NCBI GenBank assembly: GCA_963726245.1
Contig: CAVSBT010000005.1
Coordinates: 1 to 17,297 of the forward strand
Origin: an uncultured Chloroflexia bacterium
Lineage (GTDB): Bacteria; Chloroflexota; Dehalococcoidia; DSTF01; JALHUB01
Length of the DNA: 17,297 nucleotides
Direction: 5' to 3'
This document shows, one piece after another, positions 9,803 to 16,825 of this stretch. Every line of letters starts with the position of its first letter. The stretch's first letter is position 1. Position numbers and translations under genes: made by a program. The notes below the pieces were generated by a model. It saw only the letters and a program-made list of their open reading frames with translations, had not been told where the DNA came from and did no database searches.

Positions 9803-9845
9803 TACAACAGAGACTACGTCTACACGGACGTAGTCTCTTGTTGTA
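9803..9845 (+). terminator. Long hairpin, probable terminator
   Basis: AGAGACTACGTC (9809-9820) / GACGTAGTCTCT (9827-9838) forms a perfect 12-bp stem, extendable by TACAAC/GTTGTA, followed by TGTTGT. Confidence 0.55.
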
Positions 9846-9868
9846 TCCTTAGCGCCGAGAGGTCGGCT

Positions 9869-10516
9869 GTGCCTCAGGCTCTCTACCGCCGAAGCAATCT
9901 CTGGCTCGCGGAGACCCTCTGGAAGCTGGGCGCCATTCAGTTCGGCGACTTCAGCTTCGGCCACACCGTCGTCCACTCGCCCGTCTACGTTAACCTGCGC
10001 CTGCTCGTCAGCAACCCCACGGCCCTCTGGCGGGCTGCGCAGGTTATCCTGGACGGCGTCGTGGCCCTCCAGAGGATGCGCGAGCCCCGCGTGACCCAGT
10101 TCGAACTGGTGGCCGGCGTGCCCTTCGGCGGCCTTCACCTGGCCACGGCCTACTCCCTCACTGCCAAGATCCCCATGATCTACCTCCACCCGCGACAGGA
10201 CGGGGCCGGAAACGACATCGAGGGTCTCTACAGCCCCAACCAGACCGCGCTTATCATCGACGACCTGATCACGGGCGGCCGCAGCATCCTGGAGACCGCC
10301 CTCTGCCTGGAGGAGGCGGGCATCCGCGTACGCGACGCGGTGGTGCTCGTGGATCGCCAGCAGGGCGGCCGCGAGCGCCTGCGGGAGTTCGGCATCAACC
10401 TGGTCTCCATCCTCACTCTAGAGGTCGTGCTCAACTACCTGATGGCGAGCGGCAAGATTCCCGAGGAATCGTATCGCCGCTCAATGGAGTACCTGAGGGC
10501 GAACCGCGGGTCCTAG
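9869..10516 (+). CDS. Type I phosphoribosyltransferase, orotate PRTase (PyrE)-like but divergent
   Basis: GAIQFGDF...SPVYVNLR, VAGVPFGG, PRPP-binding LIIDDLITGGRS and VLVDRQQGG motifs. Confidence 0.8.
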   Translation: MPQALYRRSNLWLAETLWKLGAIQFGDFSFGHTVVHSPVYVNLRLLVSNPTALWRAAQVILDGVVALQRMREPRVTQFELVAGVPFGGLHLATAYSLTAKIPMIYLHPRQDGAGNDIEGLYSPNQTALIIDDLITGGRSILETALCLEEAGIRVRDAVVLVDRQQGGRERLREFGINLVSILTLEVVLNYLMASGKIPEESYRRSMEYLRANRGS

Positions 10517-10551
10517 CCAGAGGGCACGGCCCATAGTGCATCGAATAGGCG

Positions 10552-10586
10552 CATGTCCTATGCCCTATGCGCTATGCATCATGCCC
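10552..10586 (+). repeat. Degenerate heptamer tandem repeat (YATGYNN x5)
   Basis: CATGTCC TATGCCC TATGCGC TATGCAT CATGCCC, with partly complementary units just upstream (10522-10551). Confidence 0.5.
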
Positions 10587-10651
10587 CCGCCTTGTGCTAC
10601 ACTCTCGCCGACGGCCGGGTTGGAGAGCTTCGGGGAGGTGCGAACTTGCGT

Positions 10652-11467
10652 ATGAACCGTCGTCCGCCACGCGCGTCTGCGTTCGGGCGATTCTCGTTGC
10701 GCTACCTTGCGGCTGCGCTAGTCCTTCTGGGTGCAATGATTCTTGCAGCCTGTGGCGGGGGTGGCAAGGACGAAGAGACGGCCAAAGACGAAGCCCCTGC
10801 CGCAGCGGCCACGGCGGGAGGTACGCCGGAGGCAGCGGCGACAGAGGTAAACACGGGGCCCGCGGAGGCGTTCGCCGAACTCAAGAGCTACCGCGTGAAC
10901 ATGCGGATGGTCATGGAGGGTGACGCCACGGCAACGCCGGGCGCTATAGCGCTGGACCTCCAGGGGGCTTATGTGGCCCCGGACCGTAGTCACGTCCAGG
11001 TCAGCGCCCATCTCGGCGAGCTTGCACTCGAAGAGGAGTCCGTCACCATCGGCGCTCAGAGCTGGGTGAAGGCTGGCGACAACTGGGTAGAGGGGGAGCC
11101 GCAGTTCCAGCTTAAAGACCTCTCGCCCGGTTCTCTCCTCCAAGAGCTGCAGCCGGAGCAGTTGCGGCTCCTGAAGCCCAGCAAAGAGACGGTGAACGGC
11201 GTCGATAGCCTTCGCTACAGCATCGACCAGGCGGATGTCGCGACGCTGCGTAGCCTAGGTGCCCTCTTCGGCCAGGAAGGAGACCTCACGAATCTGCCAG
11301 AAGAGTTCAATGTCGGCCTCTGGCTGGCCGAGGACGGCGGCTGGCCGGTGCGCGTCACCATGACGGCTCGAGGCGCCACGGACGCCGGCGGCGAGATGAA
11401 CCTGGACTTCTCGATGGATATCACAGACGTCAATGACCCCGGTGTGAAGGTCGAGCCGCCGGCCTAG
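10652..11467 (+). CDS. Lipoprotein, LppX/LprAFG-like
   Basis: Likely start ATG 10652 after GGGGAGGT and TGCTACACT. Basic N-region, hydrophobic stretch, lipobox LAAC and Ala/Thr/Glu linker, then LKSYRV..., ETVNGVDSLRY, LWLAEDGGWPVRV and VNDPGVKVEPP. Confidence 0.75.
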   Translation: MNRRPPRASAFGRFSLRYLAAALVLLGAMILAACGGGGKDEETAKDEAPAAAATAGGTPEAAATEVNTGPAEAFAELKSYRVNMRMVMEGDATATPGAIALDLQGAYVAPDRSHVQVSAHLGELALEEESVTIGAQSWVKAGDNWVEGEPQFQLKDLSPGSLLQELQPEQLRLLKPSKETVNGVDSLRYSIDQADVATLRSLGALFGQEGDLTNLPEEFNVGLWLAEDGGWPVRVTMTARGATDAGGEMNLDFSMDITDVNDPGVKVEPPA

Positions 11468-11498
11468 ACCACCGCGATTCAGCCACTGGGAAAGCCAA

Positions 11499-11523
11499 AG
11501 AGAGAGGGCTCTGCCCTCTCTCT
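11499..11523. terminator. Hairpin between convergent genes
   Basis: AGAGAGAGGGC-TCT-GCCCTCTCTCT, an 11-bp stem. Confidence 0.5.
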
Positions 11524-11525
11524 CG

Positions 11526-11590
11526 CTGTCACCCTGAGCGAAGCGAAGGGTCTCGCTGAACCAGATTCTTCGCTACGCTCAGAATGACAG
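11526..11590. repeat. TGTCA/CGTC-type miniature inverted-repeat element
   Basis: CTGTCACCCTGAGCGAAGCGAAGGGTCT-N9-AGATTCTTCGCTACGCTCAGAATGACAG, imperfect 28-bp terminal inverted repeats. Confidence 0.8.
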
Positions 11591-11609
11591 GGCCAGCGCG
11601 AAAGTGTTC

Positions 11610-11829
11610 CTACAGCAGGCGGCGGATGGCCTTGCGGCCGGGGCGCGGGTCGTAGTTGGCCTTGAACTGGTGCAGGGTGTCCCGCTCGATGAGATACTTG
11701 CCGGCGAAGAGGACGGCGGGCACCTTCTTCTGCTTGATGAGGCGGCGGAGACTCTGGGGATGGATGCCCAGCTCTCGGGCTGCTTCGACCAGGTCAAGGT
11801 AGTTCTCAAAAGGAGTCGGTGATCATCAT
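11610..11829 (-). CDS. Small helix-turn-helix (HTH_17/excisionase-like) DNA-binding protein, ~72 aa, with one apparent extra T near 11810
   Basis: Hand translation: MMITDSFENYLDLVEAARELGIHPQSLRRLIKQKKVPAVLFAGKYLIERDTLHQFKANYDPRPGRKAIRRLL*. The ORF track reports other frames here. Confidence 0.8.
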
Positions 11830-11932
11830 CACTCTGACCCTAGTAAGCGGCTAAGACGCATGAATAATACCACCCATGTCAAGCAAAAGGGAAGTGTCAC
11901 GGCCAACATGTTGCCGGAAAGCGGGCCGCCGC

Positions 11933-11941
11933 TGCTATAAT
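11933..11941 (+). promoter_or_regulatory. Extended -10 promoter of rsmG
   Basis: TGCTATAAT, 26 nt before the ATG. Confidence 0.65.
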
Positions 11942-11967
11942 CGGCCGATTCCAGAGCCCGGCAGGCG

Positions 11968-12696
11968 ATGTTATCTATTCTCGTCCACGGCGCCCGACAG
12001 CTTGGCATCGAGCTGGATTCGCACCAGCTGGACCTCTTCGAGCACTACTATCGACTCCTCGAGGCGGCCAGCTCCCGCGTCAGCCTCACTTCCGTGACCG
12101 GCTACGAGGCCGTGCAGCAGCGCCACTTCCTGGAGTCGCTGGCCGTGGCGCCCGCCCTTCGTGAAGCCGGCCTGCTCGCCCCGGGAAGGCGAGAGCGCGT
12201 GCTGGACCTGGGCGCCGGCGCCGGGCTGCCGGGGCTGCCCTTGAAGATCGCGGCGCCGGACCTCAGTTTGACGCTCGTGGAGGCAACGGCCCGCAAGGCG
12301 GCCTTCCTCCGCGAGGTGGTCGCTGAGCTGGCGCTGGAGGGGGTCGAGACGCTGACCGGGCGGGCCGAAGAGGCAGCGAGGCAGGCGGACCGGCGCGAGG
12401 CCTACGAGCTGGTGCTGGCGCGGGCGGTGGCGCCGCTGCCTACCCTGCTGGAACTGGCGCTCCCTTTTCTCTGCCTCGGCGGATTGCTGGCGGCGCCTAA
12501 GGGCAGCCGCGCCCCGCAGGAAGTGGCCCGCTCCGAGAGGGCGCTGGCCCTTCTCGGCGGAGAGGTGTTGTCGGTGGCGCGGCTGGCCGTTCCCGGCGCC
12601 TCACACCGGCCCTGGCTTGTCCTGGTGCGAAAGGTGGCGCCCACGCCGGAGGCCTATCCCCGCAGGCCGGGCATTCCTCTCAAGCGACCGCTCTAG
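11968..12696 (+). CDS. rsmG: 16S rRNA (guanine527-N7)-methyltransferase
   Basis: SLTSV...RHFLES, VLDLGAGAGLPGLPLKI, GRAEE, REAYELVLARAVA and TPEAYPRRPGIPLKRPL motifs. Confidence 0.95.
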   Translation: MLSILVHGARQLGIELDSHQLDLFEHYYRLLEAASSRVSLTSVTGYEAVQQRHFLESLAVAPALREAGLLAPGRRERVLDLGAGAGLPGLPLKIAAPDLSLTLVEATARKAAFLREVVAELALEGVETLTGRAEEAARQADRREAYELVLARAVAPLPTLLELALPFLCLGGLLAAPKGSRAPQEVARSERALALLGGEVLSVARLAVPGASHRPWLVLVRKVAPTPEAYPRRPGIPLKRPL

Positions 12697-12805
12697 AAAG
12701 TCGGGGGCATGGCTGGACAGGCGTGGTAAAATCCTTGCAGCCGTGTGCCCGATGGCTGGCTGCTGGACAGGGAAGTAAGCGGCGCTCGGCGAGAAAGGGG
12801 GCAGC

Positions 12806-13384
12806 ATGGAGTTCGAGGTCGTAGTGGGTAGGCTGCTGCGCTTGGCCCGGCTCGACACCAGTGTCTTCGATGAGGTCCGGATGGATCCGACGGCCACGGC
12901 CTCCTCGTTTCTGGTGGTCGCCGCCGCCGCTTTCGCCGCCGGCCTCGGTGGCTGGCTTTGGTGGGTACAGGAAGCCGAGTTCGACGAGGGCCGGGTGTTC
13001 GTGCAGTCTGTCATCCTGGGGAGCCTCTTCGCCATCGGGCTCTGGATAGTCTGGCTCTTTGTGGTCTACGTGCTGCTCACGCAGGTCTTCCGCGAGCGGG
13101 CGGACCTCCAGCAGCTCATCCGGACCATGGGAATGGCGGCGGCGCCCCTGGCTCTGTCGTTTCTTCTTCTCGTTCCGGGCATCAACTACGGGCTGGCACT
13201 GACGTCCATCGCGCTGTTCTTCGGCCTGAGCACCATAGCGATCCAGTCGGTGACCACGGCCGAGCCAGCGAAGGTGCTTCTGGCCAACGCCGCCGGCTTC
13301 GCGGTGTGGGCCGTCGTTCTCACCCTACTGGTCGACAACCGGACCTACCTGGCGCCGGGCATTTTCATCACCAGCGCCTTCTGA
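12806..13384 (+). CDS. Yip1-like integral membrane protein (hypothetical)
   Basis: 192 aa with five hydrophobic segments; RLARLDTSVFDEVRMDPTAT and QLIRTMGMAAAP patterns resemble Yip1-domain proteins. Confidence 0.6.
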   Translation: MEFEVVVGRLLRLARLDTSVFDEVRMDPTATASSFLVVAAAAFAAGLGGWLWWVQEAEFDEGRVFVQSVILGSLFAIGLWIVWLFVVYVLLTQVFRERADLQQLIRTMGMAAAPLALSFLLLVPGINYGLALTSIALFFGLSTIAIQSVTTAEPAKVLLANAAGFAVWAVVLTLLVDNRTYLAPGIFITSAF

Positions 13385-13476
13385 GGCCGAGCCCCGTTGG
13401 CGGGCTCCGAGGCACTACGCGTTGACGGGCGGCACCGCCGCTGCGGTGTGGCGCCGCCTTTCGCATTCGCCGCACT

Positions 13477-14781
13477 ATGACGAGGCAGACCCTTTCGCCC
13501 ATAGACCGCCGCTCCTACGAAGCGAACCTGCCCAAGGCCTACCTGTTCACGTTCCTGATGAGCTTCCAGCTTTGGTGGCCCATCTGGGTCCTCTATCTTC
13601 AGGAGAAGCGAGGGCTCTCCCTGACGCAGATCACGGCCCTGGAGTCCGTCTTCTGGCTGATCATTCTGGTGGCGCAGGTCCCCGCAGGTGTCATCGCCGA
13701 CCGCCAGGGGCGCAAGGTGGTCCTGGTCCTGGCCAGCCTTTTTCTTTCTGCTGGGATCCTGGTCTTCGGGCTGGCCGATAGCTACTTCCTTATCCTCATC
13801 TCCTACGCCGGCTGGGCTTTGGGGCTGGCCTTCCAGTACGCAGGCGACAGCGCCTTCCTGTTTGACTCCCTGAAGCTGCTGGGCCGCCCAGGGGACTTCC
13901 AGAAGGTGTACGGCCGCTACTGGGGGTTTGCCTCGCTGGGGGTTATTGGCGGGCTGCTCCTGGGGGCGCCGCTCGCGGCTGCCACCAACCTGTCGCTGCC
14001 CATCCTGTTGAGTTCCGGCATCTCCCTGCTGGCGACCGGCGTCGCCCTGAGCCTCAGAGAGCCCGTCCCTGGCACGCTGGAGGTCCCTGCAGACAGCGGC
14101 AGCGGACCGGCGGGCGGTCCGCTGCCCATCGAGACCAGGCTCTCGTTCGGCGACCTGGTCAAGGAGAGCTTCCGGCTGGCCTACCGACGGCCCCAGGTGC
14201 GCTACGTGCTCCTCTACGCCGCCTTCCTGGGAGTGGCCGCCTTCGCCCCCGTCATCTTCATACAGCCCTTCCTGAGGCGGCACGACGTGGGCGTGAGCGA
14301 CCTGGGGCTATTCCAGGTGCCCATGCGAGTCCTGGCTCTTGTCGGTGCCCTCTCGGCCTATCGAATTAGCGCTGTCCTGGGAGAGAGGCGGACCATGGTG
14401 CTAATGCCGGTGCTGCTCTTTGGCGGCTACGCCTTGCTGGGGTCTTGGGACGCCACCTATGCCTATGCTGCTTTTCCGGTGGTAAGTCTCCTGTCCATGA
14501 TGGCGAACCCCATCGTGGCGGACTACCTCAACCGCGTCATTCCGAGCGAACAGCGGGCAACCATGCTCTCCATGCGCCAACTCCTGTTTAGCTTCCTGGT
14601 GGTGCCGATAGCGCCGCTACTGGGCTTCGTGGCGGACGAGGTGTCGCTGATGGGGGCCTTCTGGGCCTCGGCTCTGCTGGTGGCCGTGCCTATGCCAGTT
14701 ATCTTCGCCCTCTGGTGGCGTGCCGAAGCGAGGGAGCGGGCGCATGAGCGGGCCGCGGAGGCGCCGCCCGATGGGGAGTAG
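13477..14781 (+). CDS. MFS transporter
   Basis: Motif A-like GVIADRQGRK, about 12 TM segments with a central hydrophilic loop, and IPSEQRATMLS. Confidence 0.92.
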   Translation: MTRQTLSPIDRRSYEANLPKAYLFTFLMSFQLWWPIWVLYLQEKRGLSLTQITALESVFWLIILVAQVPAGVIADRQGRKVVLVLASLFLSAGILVFGLADSYFLILISYAGWALGLAFQYAGDSAFLFDSLKLLGRPGDFQKVYGRYWGFASLGVIGGLLLGAPLAAATNLSLPILLSSGISLLATGVALSLREPVPGTLEVPADSGSGPAGGPLPIETRLSFGDLVKESFRLAYRRPQVRYVLLYAAFLGVAAFAPVIFIQPFLRRHDVGVSDLGLFQVPMRVLALVGALSAYRISAVLGERRTMVLMPVLLFGGYALLGSWDATYAYAAFPVVSLLSMMANPIVADYLNRVIPSEQRATMLSMRQLLFSFLVVPIAPLLGFVADEVSLMGAFWASALLVAVPMPVIFALWWRAEARERAHERAAEAPPDGE

Positions 14782-14795
14782 AGGTAATACGACTG

Positions 14796-14856
14796 TGAGG
14801 GTTGAAACCCTCAGCCTGCGGGAAGCTGCGGGATTCATCCCGCAGGGTGGAGTACA
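14796..14856. repeat. Two hairpins between the convergent MFS and CoA-transferase genes
   Basis: TGAGGGTT-GA-AACCCTCA (14796-14813) and CTGCGGGA-TTCA-TCCCGCAG (14826-14845). Confidence 0.55.
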
Positions 14857-14865
14857 ACCATTCTC

Positions 14866-16059
14866 CTACCCCACGGCCCCCAAGGTCCGCAGGCCCTCGA
14901 TCTGCTCCTGCGTGTAGCCGGCGGCGGCGAGCACCTCGTCGGTGTGCTGGCCGGGCCGGGGGGCCGTCGTGCGGATCGCGCCCGGCGTCTCCGAGAACTT
15001 GGGCCCGATGCCTACCTGCCGCACTGCGCCCAATCGGGGATGTTCCACCTCCACTACCATCTGCCGCGCCCGGTTGTGAGGGTCGGCGGCGGCCTGCTCC
15101 AGGCTGTAGACGGGCGCGACGCAGATGTCGTACTGCTTCAGGTGCTCGAACCACTCGTCGCGGGTGCGGGTGCGGAACCGCTCTCGGAAGGAGGAGAACA
15201 CCTCTTCCCGCTTCGAGGCGTCGAGCTGGTAGGGGATGAGGTCCTCGCGGCCCAGGGCCCGGCAAAGGTTGGCGAAGAAGTGGGGCTCCAGGCTGCCCAC
15301 GCTGATCCAGCCGCCGTCGCTGGTCTGGTAGACGTTGTAGTAGGGCGCGCCGCCGTTGAGGAGGTGCTCGCCGGGGCGGACCTCGCCGCCGCTGTGAAAG
15401 TACAGCGTGAACAACATGGCCATCAGGTACAAGACGCCGTCGCTCATGGCGATGTCCACCTGCTGGCCCCGGCCCGTCTTGTCTCGAGCCAGGAGGGCGG
15501 CCAGGATGGCAAAGGCGGCGTGGAGGCCGCCGCCCGCGAAGTCGGCGATGACGTTGAGGGGGATGGCCGGCGGCTGACCGGGCCAGCCGATGGCGCCCAG
15601 GGCGCCGCCAATCGAGATGTAGTTGATGTCGTGGCCCACCATGCCGGCGTAGGGGCCGTCCTGCCCGTAGCCGGAGAGCGAGCAGTAGACCAGGCGCGGG
15701 TTCAAGGGCCGCAGCGTCTCGTAGTCCACGCCCAGGCGCTTCACCACACCGGGGCGGAAGCCCTCCAGCACCACGTCCGCCGACTCCGCCAGTCGGTAGA
15801 AAACCTGCCTCGCTTCTTCCTTTCGCAGGTTAAGGATGATGCTGCGCTTGTTGCGGCCGAGGGCGTTGTGGGCCAGGGCGCGCTCCGCGCCCTCATCGTC
15901 CTCGGCGCTCAGGGGCCCGACGAGCACGCTGTGCAGGGCCTCGGGCGGCGGCTCAACCACGACGACGTCGGCGCCCAGGTCGCCGAGGAGCATCGAGCAA
16001 AACGGGCCGGGCGCCAGTCGCGACAGGTCCAGGACGCGGATACCCTCCAGCGGCATCAT
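14866..16059 (-). CDS. CaiB/BaiF family (class III) CoA-transferase, alpha-methylacyl-CoA racemase-like
   Basis: PLEGIRVLDLSRLAPGPFC...LGDLGADV, RNKRSI, EGFRPGV..RLG, GYGQDGP, GHDINY, ADFAGGG and P..GQHT motifs. RBS AGGAGG. Confidence 0.95.
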   Translation of the reverse strand: MMPLEGIRVLDLSRLAPGPFCSMLLGDLGADVVVVEPPPEALHSVLVGPLSAEDDEGAERALAHNALGRNKRSIILNLRKEEARQVFYRLAESADVVLEGFRPGVVKRLGVDYETLRPLNPRLVYCSLSGYGQDGPYAGMVGHDINYISIGGALGAIGWPGQPPAIPLNVIADFAGGGLHAAFAILAALLARDKTGRGQQVDIAMSDGVLYLMAMLFTLYFHSGGEVRPGEHLLNGGAPYYNVYQTSDGGWISVGSLEPHFFANLCRALGREDLIPYQLDASKREEVFSSFRERFRTRTRDEWFEHLKQYDICVAPVYSLEQAAADPHNRARQMVVEVEHPRLGAVRQVGIGPKFSETPGAIRTTAPRPGQHTDEVLAAAGYTQEQIEGLRTLGAVG

Positions 16060-16092
16060 GGCGGTACCTCCTGAGAATCAGGTGGGTTGGCA

Positions 16093-16116
16093 GACCTGCC
16101 TGCTGGCAGGCAGGTC
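16093..16116. repeat. Short palindrome upstream of the CoA-transferase
   Basis: GACCTGCCTGC-TG-GCAGGCAGGTC. Confidence 0.6.
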
Positions 16117-16161
16117 GCATCATCCGGCGCTAGAGGGGGAGTGTCAAGGCGGGCAGGCTGA

Positions 16162-16191
16162 TGTAGGGGCGCAGCATGCTGCGCCCCTACA
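16162..16191. repeat. Perfect 30-bp GTAG-type palindrome (second REP family)
   Basis: TGTAGGGGCGCAGCATGCTGCGCCCCTACA. Confidence 0.8.
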
Positions 16192-16232
16192 GGTCTAGCG
16201 TGAGCCCCGTAGGGAATGCGTAGGGCAGGGGC

Positions 16233-16649
16233 TCAACCGGCCTTTTCTGCGTAGAGCTTGAACATCACCCTCCCCAGGCCGCCGTGCTCCACGCCCACGT
16301 CCATGCACGAGACCTCCTGGGTGGCGAAGATGGACTCGTTGGGATCGATGCCTTCTGCCACACGGTCAACCATGGCCCGAATCTGGTTGGTCAGCGGGGC
16401 GATGGCCTCTATGCAGGGCGCGGCCGTGCTCTCGCTCACGTTGACCACCGGGAAGTTGAAGACGAACTTGTCGCCGGGCTTGAGGCCTGCGAAGCAGTAC
16501 TTGGACTCCGTCACCTCGGCTATGATCCGCCACTTCATCTTCTCCGGGAGGTTAGAGAGGAGCTTCTCCATGCCGGGCGACAGCCTGTCCAGGTCATCGT
16601 CTGTGATCTTGATGACCTGCTTGACGATCTGCCGGGATACCTCATCCAT
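16233..16649 (-). CDS. Hypothetical protein with three Cys, TIGR04076-like pattern
   Basis: Start ATG 16649 after AGAAGGAGG; 138 aa; AEVTESKYCFAGLKPGDKFVF...PCIEAIAPL...SCMD...GRVMFKL. Confidence 0.65.
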   Translation of the reverse strand: MDEVSRQIVKQVIKITDDDLDRLSPGMEKLLSNLPEKMKWRIIAEVTESKYCFAGLKPGDKFVFNFPVVNVSESTAAPCIEAIAPLTNQIRAMVDRVAEGIDPNESIFATQEVSCMDVGVEHGGLGRVMFKLYAEKAG

Positions 16650-16800
16650 CGATTTGGTCCTCCTTCTCGCCCCTGCGTCGGGCGGGCACGACGGCCCCAT
16701 CCTGTGTGTCGGCCCCGCAGACGACACCCCTTCGGCGGGGTGGTGTCAACAATACCACGGCTGTCAACACCCCCAAGGTTCCAGGCAGCGCAGCAGAGCG

Positions 16801-16825
16801 GTGGAGGCCTGAAGGCCTCCGCTAC
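16801..16825 (-). repeat. GTAG REP overlapping the mfd stop codon
   Basis: Identical over 25 bp to 2328-2352. Confidence 0.85.

Noticed and set aside
9550-9845. tmRNA, SRP RNA, RNase P RNA or PyrR attenuator
   Set aside because: I could not find a tRNA-like acceptor/T-arm with CCA, the SRP or RNase P conserved motifs, or a PyrR-binding loop consensus.
10553-10651. N-terminal 33 aa of the 304-aa lipoprotein ORF
   Set aside because: It runs through heptamer repeats and a -10 element. SD position and signal-peptide geometry favour ATG 10652.
11579-11822. Track ORFs 11579-11809 (-) and 11604-11822 (+)
   Set aside because: These are the wrong frame or strand of the HTH gene at 11610-11829.
11526-11829. 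Prophage or integrative element suggested by the excisionase-like gene
   Set aside because: No integrase, tRNA att site or phage genes, and the neighbours are housekeeping genes.
16650-16727. N-terminal extension of the 164-aa ORF
   Set aside because: A strong SD (AGAAGGAGG) precedes ATG 16649.
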